Assembly (NCBI GenBank): GCA_021818925.1
Contig: JAKASU010000001.1
Coordinates: 295,972-359,971, forward strand
DNA from: Candidatus Micrarchaeota archaeon
Lineage (GTDB): Archaea > Micrarchaeota > Micrarchaeia > Micrarchaeales > CABMGC01
Length of the DNA: 64,000 nucleotides
Direction of reading: 5' to 3'
Part shown: piece by piece, positions 18,040-25,489 of the stretch
Layout of the letters: every line of letters starts with the position of its first letter
How positions within the stretch are numbered: position 1 is the first letter of the stretch
Made by a program: the position numbers and the translations under genes
Notes under the pieces: model-generated
Told to the model about the DNA's origin: nothing
Seen by the model: only the letters and a program-made list of their open reading frames with translations
Database searches by the model: none

Positions 18040-18969
18040 CCCTCCGTTCATCCTTGGCTTCTGACCCTCCTTGATTAGCTTCAGAACCTCCATCAGCTCG
18101 TTGGCGCTCAGCAGCGGCTTCCTCAGCCTGTCGGTGTCGTCTATCGCTATGCGCGGGCATGCGGTGTTGACGAAGGCGTCGAATTCCAACATGTTGTTTA
18201 TCGACTCGAAGTCGAGCGTGTTTGATATGAGGATAGCCGCGGTAATGCCCGCGCTCTCTATCCTCTTCTTCAGTATGCGCGCGAGGTTCATGTTATACTG
18301 CCCGTTCTTCGTGCTTACAAGTATTCCAAAGTTCCTGGACTTGAGCGAAGACAGTATCTTGCCTCTGCTCCTCTTCCTGTACGTCTCGCGCATCTCATCC
18401 ATGCGCCATACCCTGCGCTGGAACGGGTCGACCGCAAGGAAGGGTTTCGTTGTCTGCAGCAGGGCGCCGAGCGGGTGGAAGATGCCGCCGCCGAAGTAGA
18501 CGAACGCGTCAACGCTCCTGTCGATGACCATGACGTTGCCATCGTCGCAGCCGAGTATCTGGCCGTTCGCCTTGGCGAAGCCGTTGGGCCTGTTCAGCAC
18601 GACCTCCCTGCCGCTCTCCTCGTAGAAGCGCCTTATCGCATCGAGCTGATGCAGGTGCTGCACCGTTGTGAGCAGGCAGATCTTCCTCATGCCTTCGAGC
18701 TGCCTGAGCGACTCGGGCAGGACGTCAAGGGGCGCATCGATGAGGTAGGGCACGTACTCGACGTTGAAGTCCACGTGGTGGAACTCTGAATGGCCGAAAT
18801 GCACGAGCTTCTCGGCTCCTACCTTCTTCGCCTCGTCTATCGCGAGGTCGCACGCGCCGAAAGTGGGCGACGCAGATATTATGACCTCATTGCCCTCGCT
18901 CTCGAGCTTCTTCGCGTGCTTGAGCGCTTCCTGCTTCAATCCCTCAGGGAACTGGAGTAGTATTCTCAT
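18034..18969 (-). CDS. dph2: diphthamide synthesis protein Dph2 (2-(3-amino-3-carboxypropyl)histidine synthase)
   Basis: MRILLQFPEGLKQEAL...SASPTFGACDL...VHFGHSEF...LGCDDG...NTACPRIAIDD match Dph2 hallmarks. I start at the internal ATG 18969 (MRILLQFPEG), since the track extension to 19140 looks non-coding. Confidence 0.85.
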   Translation of the reverse strand: MRILLQFPEGLKQEALKHAKKLESEGNEVIISASPTFGACDLAIDEAKKVGAEKLVHFGHSEFHHVDFNVEYVPYLIDAPLDVLPESLRQLEGMRKICLLTTVQHLHQLDAIRRFYEESGREVVLNRPNGFAKANGQILGCDDGNVMVIDRSVDAFVYFGGGIFHPLGALLQTTKPFLAVDPFQRRVWRMDEMRETYRKRSRGKILSSLKSRNFGILVSTKNGQYNMNLARILKKRIESAGITAAILISNTLDFESINNMLEFDAFVNTACPRIAIDDTDRLRKPLLSANELMEVLKLIKEGQKPRMNGGL

Positions 18970-19192
18970 GCAATCATCTCGCAGGCCATGAATAAATCCT
19001 TTCCTATAAAGTGCAAGTTTATTAAGAGGGAAAATGTCATTGGAAGCATGGTGGTGAAGGCCGATGGCACGAAGAGGAAGCCTCATTGGTTCCTTGCAAA
19101 GGGCCAGGCAGAGGTGTGGGAGCACAACCTGAAGGAGCACGAGCGTTCAATTGAGGACCCGGCTTATGAGCCCGAATGGATGCTGTTCCGGG

Positions 19193-19738
19193 TCAAGAGA
19201 CCTGGGGAGCGTGCTTCTGGCTTGACTGCATGACTATCGCGTATGTGCCAGATAGCTTATCCTTCGCCCTTCTCAGGGCCTCGCGCGCCACATCTTTGTT
19301 CGCCGCGTTCGTCTTAAGCTCTAAGACGGCATCGCCCTCGAAGATCCTGGCTGCGACCGCGGCTGGCTTTCCGAAAGAGAGAGTCATTCCCTGAGAGACT
19401 CGGTCAGCGCCGGCCCCCGTGGCGAACTTCTTCTCGCGCACGACGTTGTGCGGGAACGGGACGACGCGCATGAAGTATGCGCCTGGCGTCTCGCGTTCGA
19501 GGTACTTGTTCGCGGCCTGCCTTGCGGCCTCGATTGCGTTCGACCTCAGCTGAACGTTCTGCCTTGACTTAAGTGTTAGCATGAGATCGTAGGAGTCGTC
19601 CCTCACTCCCATGTTGAAAATCAGCAGCGATGTCCTGGGAAGAGCCTTGATGTAGTTCTTCTTCGGCTTCTTTATCGAGTAGCGCGCCCAAGCCTGGCTG
19701 TTGATCTTGCGCACCGTCCTTCCTGGTCTAAGCTTCAT
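19193..19738 (-). CDS. rpl10e: 50S ribosomal protein L10e (uL16)
   Basis: MKLRPGRTVRKINSQAWARYSIKKPKKNYIKALP...RVVPFPHNVVREKKFATGAGADRVSQGM. Confidence 0.9.
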   Translation of the reverse strand: MKLRPGRTVRKINSQAWARYSIKKPKKNYIKALPRTSLLIFNMGVRDDSYDLMLTLKSRQNVQLRSNAIEAARQAANKYLERETPGAYFMRVVPFPHNVVREKKFATGAGADRVSQGMTLSFGKPAAVAARIFEGDAVLELKTNAANKDVAREALRRAKDKLSGTYAIVMQSSQKHAPQVS

Positions 19739-19791
19739 GCTGGCTCACCTAGTTAGCCTACAGATGTTGTTTTGAAGCTATTTATGGCTTT

Positions 19792-20382
19792 CTACTTCTT
19801 CGCCGCCTCGAACCTTTTCGCCACGTCCTGCCAGTTGACTATGTGCCACCAGTTGTCTATGTACTTGGCGCGGTCCGGGCCAACGTCTATGTAGTAGGCG
19901 TGCTCCCACACGTCGAGGCCAAGTATCGGGACCTGGCCCTGCGTCACGGGGGAGTCCTGGTTGGGCGTGCTCGCAAGCGCGAGCTTTCCCTTGTCCACGA
20001 CGAGCCATTCCCAGCCTGAGCCAAATATCTTCTTCGCGCCATCGCTGAACTGAGCCTTGAACGTGTCAACGCTCCCGAAGCTCCTGGTTATCTCGTCTGC
20101 CAGGGGCCCCGAAGGCTGCTGGTCCTTCTTCGGGCTCATCATGAGCCAGAAGAGCGAGTGGTTGTAGAAGCCACCGCCGTGGTTCCTTAGCGCGCCCTTG
20201 ATGTCGTCCGGTGCGCTCGAATAAGTCTTCAGTATCTCCTCTATGCTCTTGTTCCCCCACTCGGGATGCTTCTCTATGGCAGCGTTGAGGTTGTTCGTGT
20301 AGCCGACGTGGTGCTTGTCGTGGTGCAGCTGCATTATCTTCTCGGAGATGTAGGGTTCGAGGGCATTGTACGCGTACGGCAA
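19792..20382 (-). CDS. sod: Fe/Mn superoxide dismutase
   Basis: LPYAYNALEPYISEKIMQLHHDKHH, HSLFW, LGLDVWEHAYY metal-ligand motifs. The track start is TTG, and conserved N-terminal residues continue upstream (see findings). Confidence 0.9.
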   Translation of the reverse strand: MPYAYNALEPYISEKIMQLHHDKHHVGYTNNLNAAIEKHPEWGNKSIEEILKTYSSAPDDIKGALRNHGGGFYNHSLFWLMMSPKKDQQPSGPLADEITRSFGSVDTFKAQFSDGAKKIFGSGWEWLVVDKGKLALASTPNQDSPVTQGQVPILGLDVWEHAYYIDVGPDRAKYIDNWWHIVNWQDVAKRFEAAKK

Positions 20383-20490
20383 TGCCGGTACTTCAAATTT
20401 TGCTATGTTATCACCGAGTTCTGTTAGAGCTAAAAATATTTAACACTTGGGCAGAAAAAAAGCGGACGAAGGTAATGCAGAGCAGAAAAC

Positions 20491-20497
20491 TTAAATA
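20491..20497 (+). promoter_or_regulatory. TATA-like box with purine-rich BRE-like upstream element for the small RNA
   Basis: gcAGAAAAcTTAAATActacg lies about 24-29 nt upstream of the first base of the predicted outer helix (20520). Confidence 0.45.
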
Positions 20498-20519
20498 CTA
20501 CGTGATGTAAAGAGCATTA

Positions 20520-20620
20520 GCTCGCCGGGTGGGGAATGGAACCCACCAAGGCTTTGCGACCTGTCGTTTTCAGACGACACCGCTTCCATAGCGGTTTACC
20601 CCGGCTTTGAGCTGCTTTTT
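20520..20620 (+). ncRNA. orphan structured small RNA (about 95 nt, four-way junction, tRNA-like outline but not a canonical tRNA)
   Basis: Outer helix GCUC-GCCGGG (20520-20529) pairs with CCCGGC-uuu-GAGC (20600-20612). Three internal hairpins: GGUGGG[GAAUGGAA]CCCACC, UGUCGU[UUUCAG]ACGACA, CCGC[UUCCAUA]GCGG. Flanked by a TATA-like box and a T-run terminator on the + strand. Intergenic. Confidence 0.55.
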
Positions 20621-20634
20621 CTTTTTTGTTTTTT
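20616..20634 (+). terminator. oligo-T archaeal terminator
   Basis: tttttcttttttgtttttt (T5, T6, T6) follows immediately after the closing helix of the predicted RNA. Confidence 0.55.
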
Positions 20635-20676
20635 CGGAACAACACGGGTAGATATGATACGTAAGGTTTAAATATT

Positions 20677-20706
20677 TACTTAAGTAAAAGATTATCTACT
20701 TAAGTA
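20677..20706. promoter_or_regulatory. two identical 10-bp palindromes (TACTTAAGTA) 20 bp apart, between a TATA-like box and the first island gene
   Basis: TACTTAAGTA at 20677-20686 and 20697-20706, directly downstream of TTTAAATATTT (20667-20677). ATG of the first island gene is at 20718. Confidence 0.5.
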
Positions 20707-20717
20707 GATGATTTGCT

Positions 20718-21095
20718 ATGAAGGGAAACTGTGACACAAGCGAGATCTGGTCGTTCGTAAAGAGATACGTAAAGATTGCGTGGATTCCGCTCGTGTTATT
20801 TACCGGAAAGACTTTCGCAACTGCGTTTTCGTTTGATATTGTAGGGACTCTATCTGGCGTTCAAACGCTTCTTGCACATTTAGGACCCGTCCTTAGTGCG
20901 GTATTATTCATAGTCGCGGGCATCTTCTACGCCATCGGCCAACTCTTTCCTGCTACAAAAAGAGCCAACTTCCATTCCACCTCGATAGACATACTGATAG
21001 GCGCGATAATCGTCGCGGTCCTTTCCGTGGCGTCAAATGGGCTTGCGCTGGCCTCCTCTCATCTGCTTGTGAACATCACCAATTCCTCGGTGTAG
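20718..21095 (+). CDS. VirB2/TrbC/CedA1-like small two-helix membrane protein (putative conjugative-type pilin)
   Basis: Signal-like N-terminus (IAWIPLVLFTGKTFA|TAF). The mature part of about 85 aa has two hydrophobic helices (LGPVLSAVLFIVAGIFYAIGQLF and IDILIGAIIVAVLSVASNGLAL) joined by a short basic loop PATKRANFHS. Confidence 0.5.
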   Translation: MKGNCDTSEIWSFVKRYVKIAWIPLVLFTGKTFATAFSFDIVGTLSGVQTLLAHLGPVLSAVLFIVAGIFYAIGQLFPATKRANFHSTSIDILIGAIIVAVLSVASNGLALASSHLLVNITNSSV

Positions 21096-21098
21096 CTG

Positions 21099-22100
21099 AT
21101 GAACGCCGCGCCTTTCGGTGCTTACGGGCTGAGCGTCTCGATTTTGCTTGTGAGCATAATGCTCGCAATAGGAGGTGTGGTGCTCGGTGTGGGGCACGCG
21201 CTTTCTGACAAGAAACTCAAGGAGTGGGGTAAAAACGAGATCGTGCAGTCTCTGATAAACGGCGCGCTTGTCGGTGGATTTTTGCTTCTGTTCGTCAAAG
21301 GAGGAATAATCGGCTCTTTCATAAACTCGTTAACTTTTTCAAACGGAGCTAGTTTCAGCTGCAGTTCGTTCTTGCAGTACAACTCTGCGATATGCTTCGC
21401 TTACAACTACCTCGTAGGCCCTGCACAGTTCTACTTCATGGGCGCCTATCATCCCTCAATATTGAGCACCGCATCTCTGGTCATCGCGGGGCTTGTGTCG
21501 CTATACGCGGTTCTGGGCGTGTTTAGGTTGTTTCTGAGCCCTGTGCTGGCGCAGATCCAGGGAGCCGTCCAGGTAATGGGCACCGCAGCCATCAGCGCCA
21601 CGGTGCAGGCGGCGGTTCTGTCTTTCATAGCGGTCAGCGCACTTACCATCATCCTGCCGTCGGGTTTGGTGCTGCGCACTTTCTATCCCACAAGGAAGAT
21701 CGGCAGCTTTTTGATCGCCTTGACGATCGGCATGTACATCGTGCTTCCACTCACGTATTTGATGAATGCTACAATAGTCGGGCAGTATTCCATCGTGTCC
21801 AACCAGACGGGCATTGAGACACTATCGCTCAGCTTAAACGGCATCAAGAGCAGCGCGCTATCCTATGTGAATGCAGGAACAAACAACACCGGGATTATTG
21901 CGGGACTGGAAAACATAGGGAACAGCCTTGCGGTGCAGATATCGGACCTGCTGAGCTATCTGTTCAACATAATCTCGTTCTTCATCGTTTACACATTCAT
22001 ACTTCCGGCTTTCAGCCTAATGCTTACCGGGATATCTGTAAAAGAACTTTCGGCGCTGATGGGTTCTGATTCCTTCTTCGGAAAGTTCAGCTTGCTGTGA
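21099..22100 (+). CDS. polytopic (about 7 TM) membrane protein, VirB6/CedA-like
   Basis: Multiple TM helices. The segment LPSGLVLRTFYPTRKIGSFLIALTIGMYIVLPLTYLM aligns with IPGIIFRAILPLRSIGGMLIAVALSFYFIMPMLFSVAF of the ORF at 63164-64000. Confidence 0.55.
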   Translation: MNAAPFGAYGLSVSILLVSIMLAIGGVVLGVGHALSDKKLKEWGKNEIVQSLINGALVGGFLLLFVKGGIIGSFINSLTFSNGASFSCSSFLQYNSAICFAYNYLVGPAQFYFMGAYHPSILSTASLVIAGLVSLYAVLGVFRLFLSPVLAQIQGAVQVMGTAAISATVQAAVLSFIAVSALTIILPSGLVLRTFYPTRKIGSFLIALTIGMYIVLPLTYLMNATIVGQYSIVSNQTGIETLSLSLNGIKSSALSYVNAGTNNTGIIAGLENIGNSLAVQISDLLSYLFNIISFFIVYTFILPAFSLMLTGISVKELSALMGSDSFFGKFSLL

Positions 22101-22104
22101 TCGT

Positions 22105-22836
22105 ATGCTTGATCTCGAGGCCGAAAATAAACGTTATTCCTATGCGCTCTACTCCCTCTCCGCGGTAGTGGCCATTGCTAGCCTGATCTCGGGAAATGCA
22201 TATTTTGCCGTCCTTAGCGCGATTTTACTGCTTCTGTCCGCAGTCTACTTCAATTCAGGCCACATCGTAAACAACTTCCTGATTAAGCACAACATGGTTA
22301 TCGAAACTTACAATGGCTACAGACTCAGCGAAGGGCTTTCTGCAGCAGTGAAGAGAATAGGAAACGAATATTTTGCCGTTTCCTGCAGTGTGATCACAAA
22401 TCCTTCCGAAGGGCACGATGGCGAACACATAGCCGCGCTTATTAGAAACGCAGACTGCCCGTTTGAGTTCAGCATCGGCCTGAAAAGCGTGGACAGCGGG
22501 AGGCTTCTCGACAAGCTTGAGGAGAGGAGGCGGCTAAAGGAGATACAAATAGCACGTGGCGATCAGAAGAAGTACGACAAGGTAAATGAGCTAAGACGGG
22601 AACTCGCACTGATTGAAAGCGAGATGAGAAGCGTAAGGGACGGAAAAATGCTTGCGATAGCAGTTAGGTTGAAGACGTTCGGGAGGTCTGTAAGCGAGTT
22701 CGAGGCTGCCAGGGAAGCTGCAAAGAATGCGGAGCGGATTGCGAGCGCGTTCTCAAACGCTTTGGGTTTTGAGCACGAGATACTGAAAGGCGAAAAATTG
22801 CTGGAGTTGTTGGAAATAGAACGTGAATCTACATGA
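22105..22836 (+). CDS. 2-TM anchored soluble-domain protein (VirB3/VirB4-N-like position)
   Basis: Hairpin TM (YALYSLSAVVAIASLISGNAYFAVLSAILLLLSAVYF), then a domain with CPFEFSIGLKSVDSGRLLDKLEERRRLKEIQI. This is homologous by eye to FPFRFNIISVAEDVQKYRDELEGRRGVLEVQL in 61460-62284. Confidence 0.55.
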   Translation: MLDLEAENKRYSYALYSLSAVVAIASLISGNAYFAVLSAILLLLSAVYFNSGHIVNNFLIKHNMVIETYNGYRLSEGLSAAVKRIGNEYFAVSCSVITNPSEGHDGEHIAALIRNADCPFEFSIGLKSVDSGRLLDKLEERRRLKEIQIARGDQKKYDKVNELRRELALIESEMRSVRDGKMLAIAVRLKTFGRSVSEFEAAREAAKNAERIASAFSNALGFEHEILKGEKLLELLEIEREST

Positions 22837-23894
22837 GTAGGGCACTTGCAAGCTGGGAATCCGCGTCTGACCTGATCAGGTTTCCGGTTTTTGATATCCA
22901 GAATGAAGCACAGGTATTTTCCGGGGCAGGAAAATGCGTACTTGTGGGCATGATGCACAATCTTCCATTCTTCCTCGACCTTGATGCGGCGGTAAATCCT
23001 CATGTGTTTATATGCGGCATTACTGGAAGCGGCAAGACGTACCTGATGAAGAACCTCATGCTTAAACTGGCCCTCTTCTCAGACGCCGAGATATTGCTGA
23101 TTGATTTCACGGGAGAGTATGAGGCGTTCGCAAAGACAACCTCGCTTGTGCGTTATTCAAACCTTAAGGGCGCAGGGGATGAAAAGACAAAAACTAAGCT
23201 TGCAGACGAGATACTGAATCAAGCACTCGAGAGGATGAGGCACGAAGATTTGGGTAGGAAGCGAGTGTTTGTGATGCTTGACGAAGCTTGGAAGCTTCTT
23301 GGGAGCAGCAAACCGCTGATTACGCTCCTGCGAGAAGGCCGAAAGTACGGGTACGGCTTGCTGTTCTCATCGCAACTCATAGAGGACGTAGACATAGCCA
23401 TGCTTTCGAACGTGGCCACCGTATTCGTTTTCAGACTGCAAAACAAGCAAGGGCTTAACAAATTGGCTGGAAACTATGGTCTGAGGCAGCGGCAGGTGGA
23501 GCTTATCCAGGGGTTGGGGGTGGGCAGTTGCGCAGTACTGCAAATGCAAAAGTCCGGAAAGCGAAGCTTTTTCCATATCGAAAAAGTCCACGGCATGGAA
23601 GCGGACGAAACTATCAAGCTAAAGAATGGTGCCAAAATGCAAATAGAAATCACAAGAAGAAAGTTTGAGGAGACTGTAGGAAGCGTATGCCCAAAAGATG
23701 TCGTATCTGCCGCAATTGCGATGTCTGAGCGTGAAGGATATGTGGATCTCGCTTTTCTCATAGATTTGTTTCTAAAGAACGGCACAGACAGCAGAACCGT
23801 TCTTGCCACGTTGCGAAAGTTAGGAATAGATGACGCATCTGCAGCAGAGTCTTTCGCGACAGTGCTGTCTCAGGCAGGCAAAACAAAAGTGTAG
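22833..23894 (+). CDS. VirB4/TraC-class (FtsK-HerA superfamily) ATPase, short form
   Basis: Walker A GITGSGKTYL, Walker B VFVMLDEAWKLL (the DEAW typical of VirB4), REGRKYGYGLLFSSQ. Start overlaps the upstream stop (ATGA). Confidence 0.75.
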   Translation: MSRALASWESASDLIRFPVFDIQNEAQVFSGAGKCVLVGMMHNLPFFLDLDAAVNPHVFICGITGSGKTYLMKNLMLKLALFSDAEILLIDFTGEYEAFAKTTSLVRYSNLKGAGDEKTKTKLADEILNQALERMRHEDLGRKRVFVMLDEAWKLLGSSKPLITLLREGRKYGYGLLFSSQLIEDVDIAMLSNVATVFVFRLQNKQGLNKLAGNYGLRQRQVELIQGLGVGSCAVLQMQKSGKRSFFHIEKVHGMEADETIKLKNGAKMQIEITRRKFEETVGSVCPKDVVSAAIAMSEREGYVDLAFLIDLFLKNGTDSRTVLATLRKLGIDDASAAESFATVLSQAGKTKV

Positions 23895-23897
23895 CCA

Positions 23898-24557
23898 ATG
23901 AAAGACGAAAACTATCTTTTTAGTAGAATCTGCATCGATGCCGATCTCAGGACCGGAGTCGGACATGTGAAAAAGTTGCTAAGTAATTATCCAAGCATGC
24001 ATCTGATTAAGGAAGGGACTTTGCTCTCGTATTCGATAAAGAACGATGGCGGGCCCTTTTTCACCGTTGATTTCGAACACAGCAGAATTTCAATAACCGT
24101 GCATTCGAAAGAAACTCCATCATTTTATTTGCAGGAAACCGTGCTGAGGCTGCTATCGATCTTGCAGATCGTATCGGAAAACTATGAGGTAAAGATCAGG
24201 TCATTGTATCCTTATTTGATAATGGTTTTGGCGGTGCAGCAGCTGCGTGTAACGCAATCTAAGAAACCTATAGCGGCAATCTGCATGCCGGACATTGTAC
24301 TTTCGAAGAGGCTTATCGCATTGCTTAACGAAAATACGCGCATAAATGCTGAAAACAGAAGATTACTTGCTGATCTTCGGAAGGTTTTGCTGAGAACAGT
24401 ATCTGTCTATGCCGCATCGGGTTTGAGTCTTGATGAGATTTCGTCAGAACTTGGAGTGGATAAGGCAAGAGTGATTGATGCCATTGACAGGGCTCCAGAT
24501 CTGGGCCAAAGGGTTGTGCGCACGGGGAAGGGTTCGTTTAACATTGTGAGAATTTGA
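23898..24557 (+). CDS. coiled-coil protein with C-terminal wHTH-like module
   Basis: 219 aa with C-terminal SLDEISSELGVDKARVIDAIDRAPDLG. Same size and architecture as 58493-59158 (DVGEFSKTYKVPEPRVEQILDKMVSLGFLE). Confidence 0.5.
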   Translation: MKDENYLFSRICIDADLRTGVGHVKKLLSNYPSMHLIKEGTLLSYSIKNDGGPFFTVDFEHSRISITVHSKETPSFYLQETVLRLLSILQIVSENYEVKIRSLYPYLIMVLAVQQLRVTQSKKPIAAICMPDIVLSKRLIALLNENTRINAENRRLLADLRKVLLRTVSVYAASGLSLDEISSELGVDKARVIDAIDRAPDLGQRVVRTGKGSFNIVRI

Positions 24558-25009
24558 CAAGCTTGATTGAAGAATACATTGCACAGTTGGCTCCGATACT
24601 GATAGGATTGGTGTTCTTGATGGTCATTCGATTAGCGGTGACGAAAGAGGACAGATTATTGATCAGAAGCACGACTCCGGGGATTGTGGTCGACAGCGCA
24701 GATTCACCAGAAACAGAAAAGCCTGCAAGGCATGAAATCTTTTACGATTCGCTGATTGCAGGAGGCATATTTCCCAAAAACCTGTCTATAAATGCGCTGG
24801 AAAGAACTGCTGCAAGAAGTTTGGGAGTAATCGACATCGCTAATCTGTCGAAATTTAAAAAAGAGCTCATTAGATCAGACCACAAGAAGCTTTTGGTGCA
24901 TGTTCACGACGTCACAACGCCGCTTATGCAAATACTGTCATTTGAAGGCAACTCTGGTTTCTTGCTAAGCTATCTTGCCGGATACAGGCTTGAGTTCGAG
25001 GTGGTGTAA
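24554..25009 (+). CDS. single-TM protein, unknown function
   Basis: TTG start overlapping the upstream stop, N-terminal TM (LAPILIGLVFLMVIRLAV). Contains ARSLGVIDIANLSKF, related to the LRxxG(I/V)DD mini-module (see findings). Confidence 0.45.
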   Translation: MTSLIEEYIAQLAPILIGLVFLMVIRLAVTKEDRLLIRSTTPGIVVDSADSPETEKPARHEIFYDSLIAGGIFPKNLSINALERTAARSLGVIDIANLSKFKKELIRSDHKKLLVHVHDVTTPLMQILSFEGNSGFLLSYLAGYRLEFEVV

Positions 25010-25191
25010 TGGGAATAGGAGGCACGCTTGATGCTTTAGTATTGAAAGCCAGCGCGATAATATCAAGTGTTTACGTATCTGCTCTTATGCTTATGATGGT
25101 GCTGCACGGAGAAAACGATGCGGTGAATAAGCAGGCGGTAGGATTCATCGCTCTTTTTTACATAGCCCTGCTCGTTTACCTGGTGATGTGA
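25009..25191 (+). CDS. small 2-TM membrane protein
   Basis: 60-aa ORF with two hydrophobic helices. ATG overlaps the upstream stop (TAATG). Confidence 0.4.
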   Translation: MGIGGTLDALVLKASAIISSVYVSALMLMMVLHGENDAVNKQAVGFIALFYIALLVYLVM

Positions 25192-25469
25192 TGCGCAACA
25201 TAGCGAAGATCTACAAGAGAGGGTTTATGGAAAGAAGAGGCATCGCGTCGTTAGCTGTGCTAACTAGCGTTTCTATGACTTTGAGCGTAATTCTTGTGAT
25301 CCTGCACACGATTCATTATTGGCCTGCAACAGTACTTTGTGGGATTTTCTGCGGAGCGGTGACGTACAGGTACGGTAGGCCGCATGAGGCAAACGTGGCT
25401 ACCTGGAAAGCCGCAGCGCTTCTGACCATCAACCTGCTGATCTTATACACGGCAATTATAATAGTGTGA
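25188..25469 (+). CDS. small 3-TM membrane protein
   Basis: 93-aa ORF, start overlaps the upstream stop (ATGA), three hydrophobic helices. Confidence 0.4.
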   Translation: MMRNIAKIYKRGFMERRGIASLAVLTSVSMTLSVILVILHTIHYWPATVLCGIFCGAVTYRYGRPHEANVATWKAAALLTINLLILYTAIIIV

Positions 25470-25489
25470 GATAGCACTAAAAATCAGAA

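Larger units (their letters stand above)
20660..25470. mobile_element. putative horizontally acquired A+T-rich island carrying a T4SS/Ced-like module (no integrase or att repeats found)
   Basis: Eight same-strand, abutting or overlapping genes. Hand counts of single 60-nt lines: 38% (22261) and 45% (24001) G+C here, against 62% (14041) and 65% (60601) elsewhere. Few long antisense ORFs in the track here, unlike the flanks. The right edge is 20 nt from the 3' end of tRNA-Ile. Confidence 0.35.

Noticed and set aside
18970-19140. N-terminal 57-aa extension of Dph2 in the ORF track
   Set aside because: The extension (MLLQVVLPHLCLALCKEP...) has no similarity to Dph2 N-termini, whereas the internal MRILLQFPEG matches the usual start. 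The extension was treated as non-coding.
20524-20605. Reading the structured element as a genuine tRNA (plus-strand Glu-like UUC loop or minus-strand Phe-like GAA loop), possibly with an intron or long variable arm
   Set aside because: On either strand the central hairpin has a 6-bp stem with a 6-nt loop, not 5 bp with 7 nt. The T-like loop is 8 nt. The acceptor-like helix competes with the T-like stem, and an extra ~14-nt segment does not fit class I or class II rules. The promoter and terminator are on the strand where the arms look least tRNA-like. It is kept only as an unclassified ncRNA.
22105-23894. Considered that the 243-aa and 353-aa island genes are halves of a frameshifted VirB4 pseudogene
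   Set aside because: The native-composition cluster B has the same split (274-aa 2-TM protein followed by a separate ATPase with its own start). The island junction is a clean ATGA overlap typical of translational coupling.
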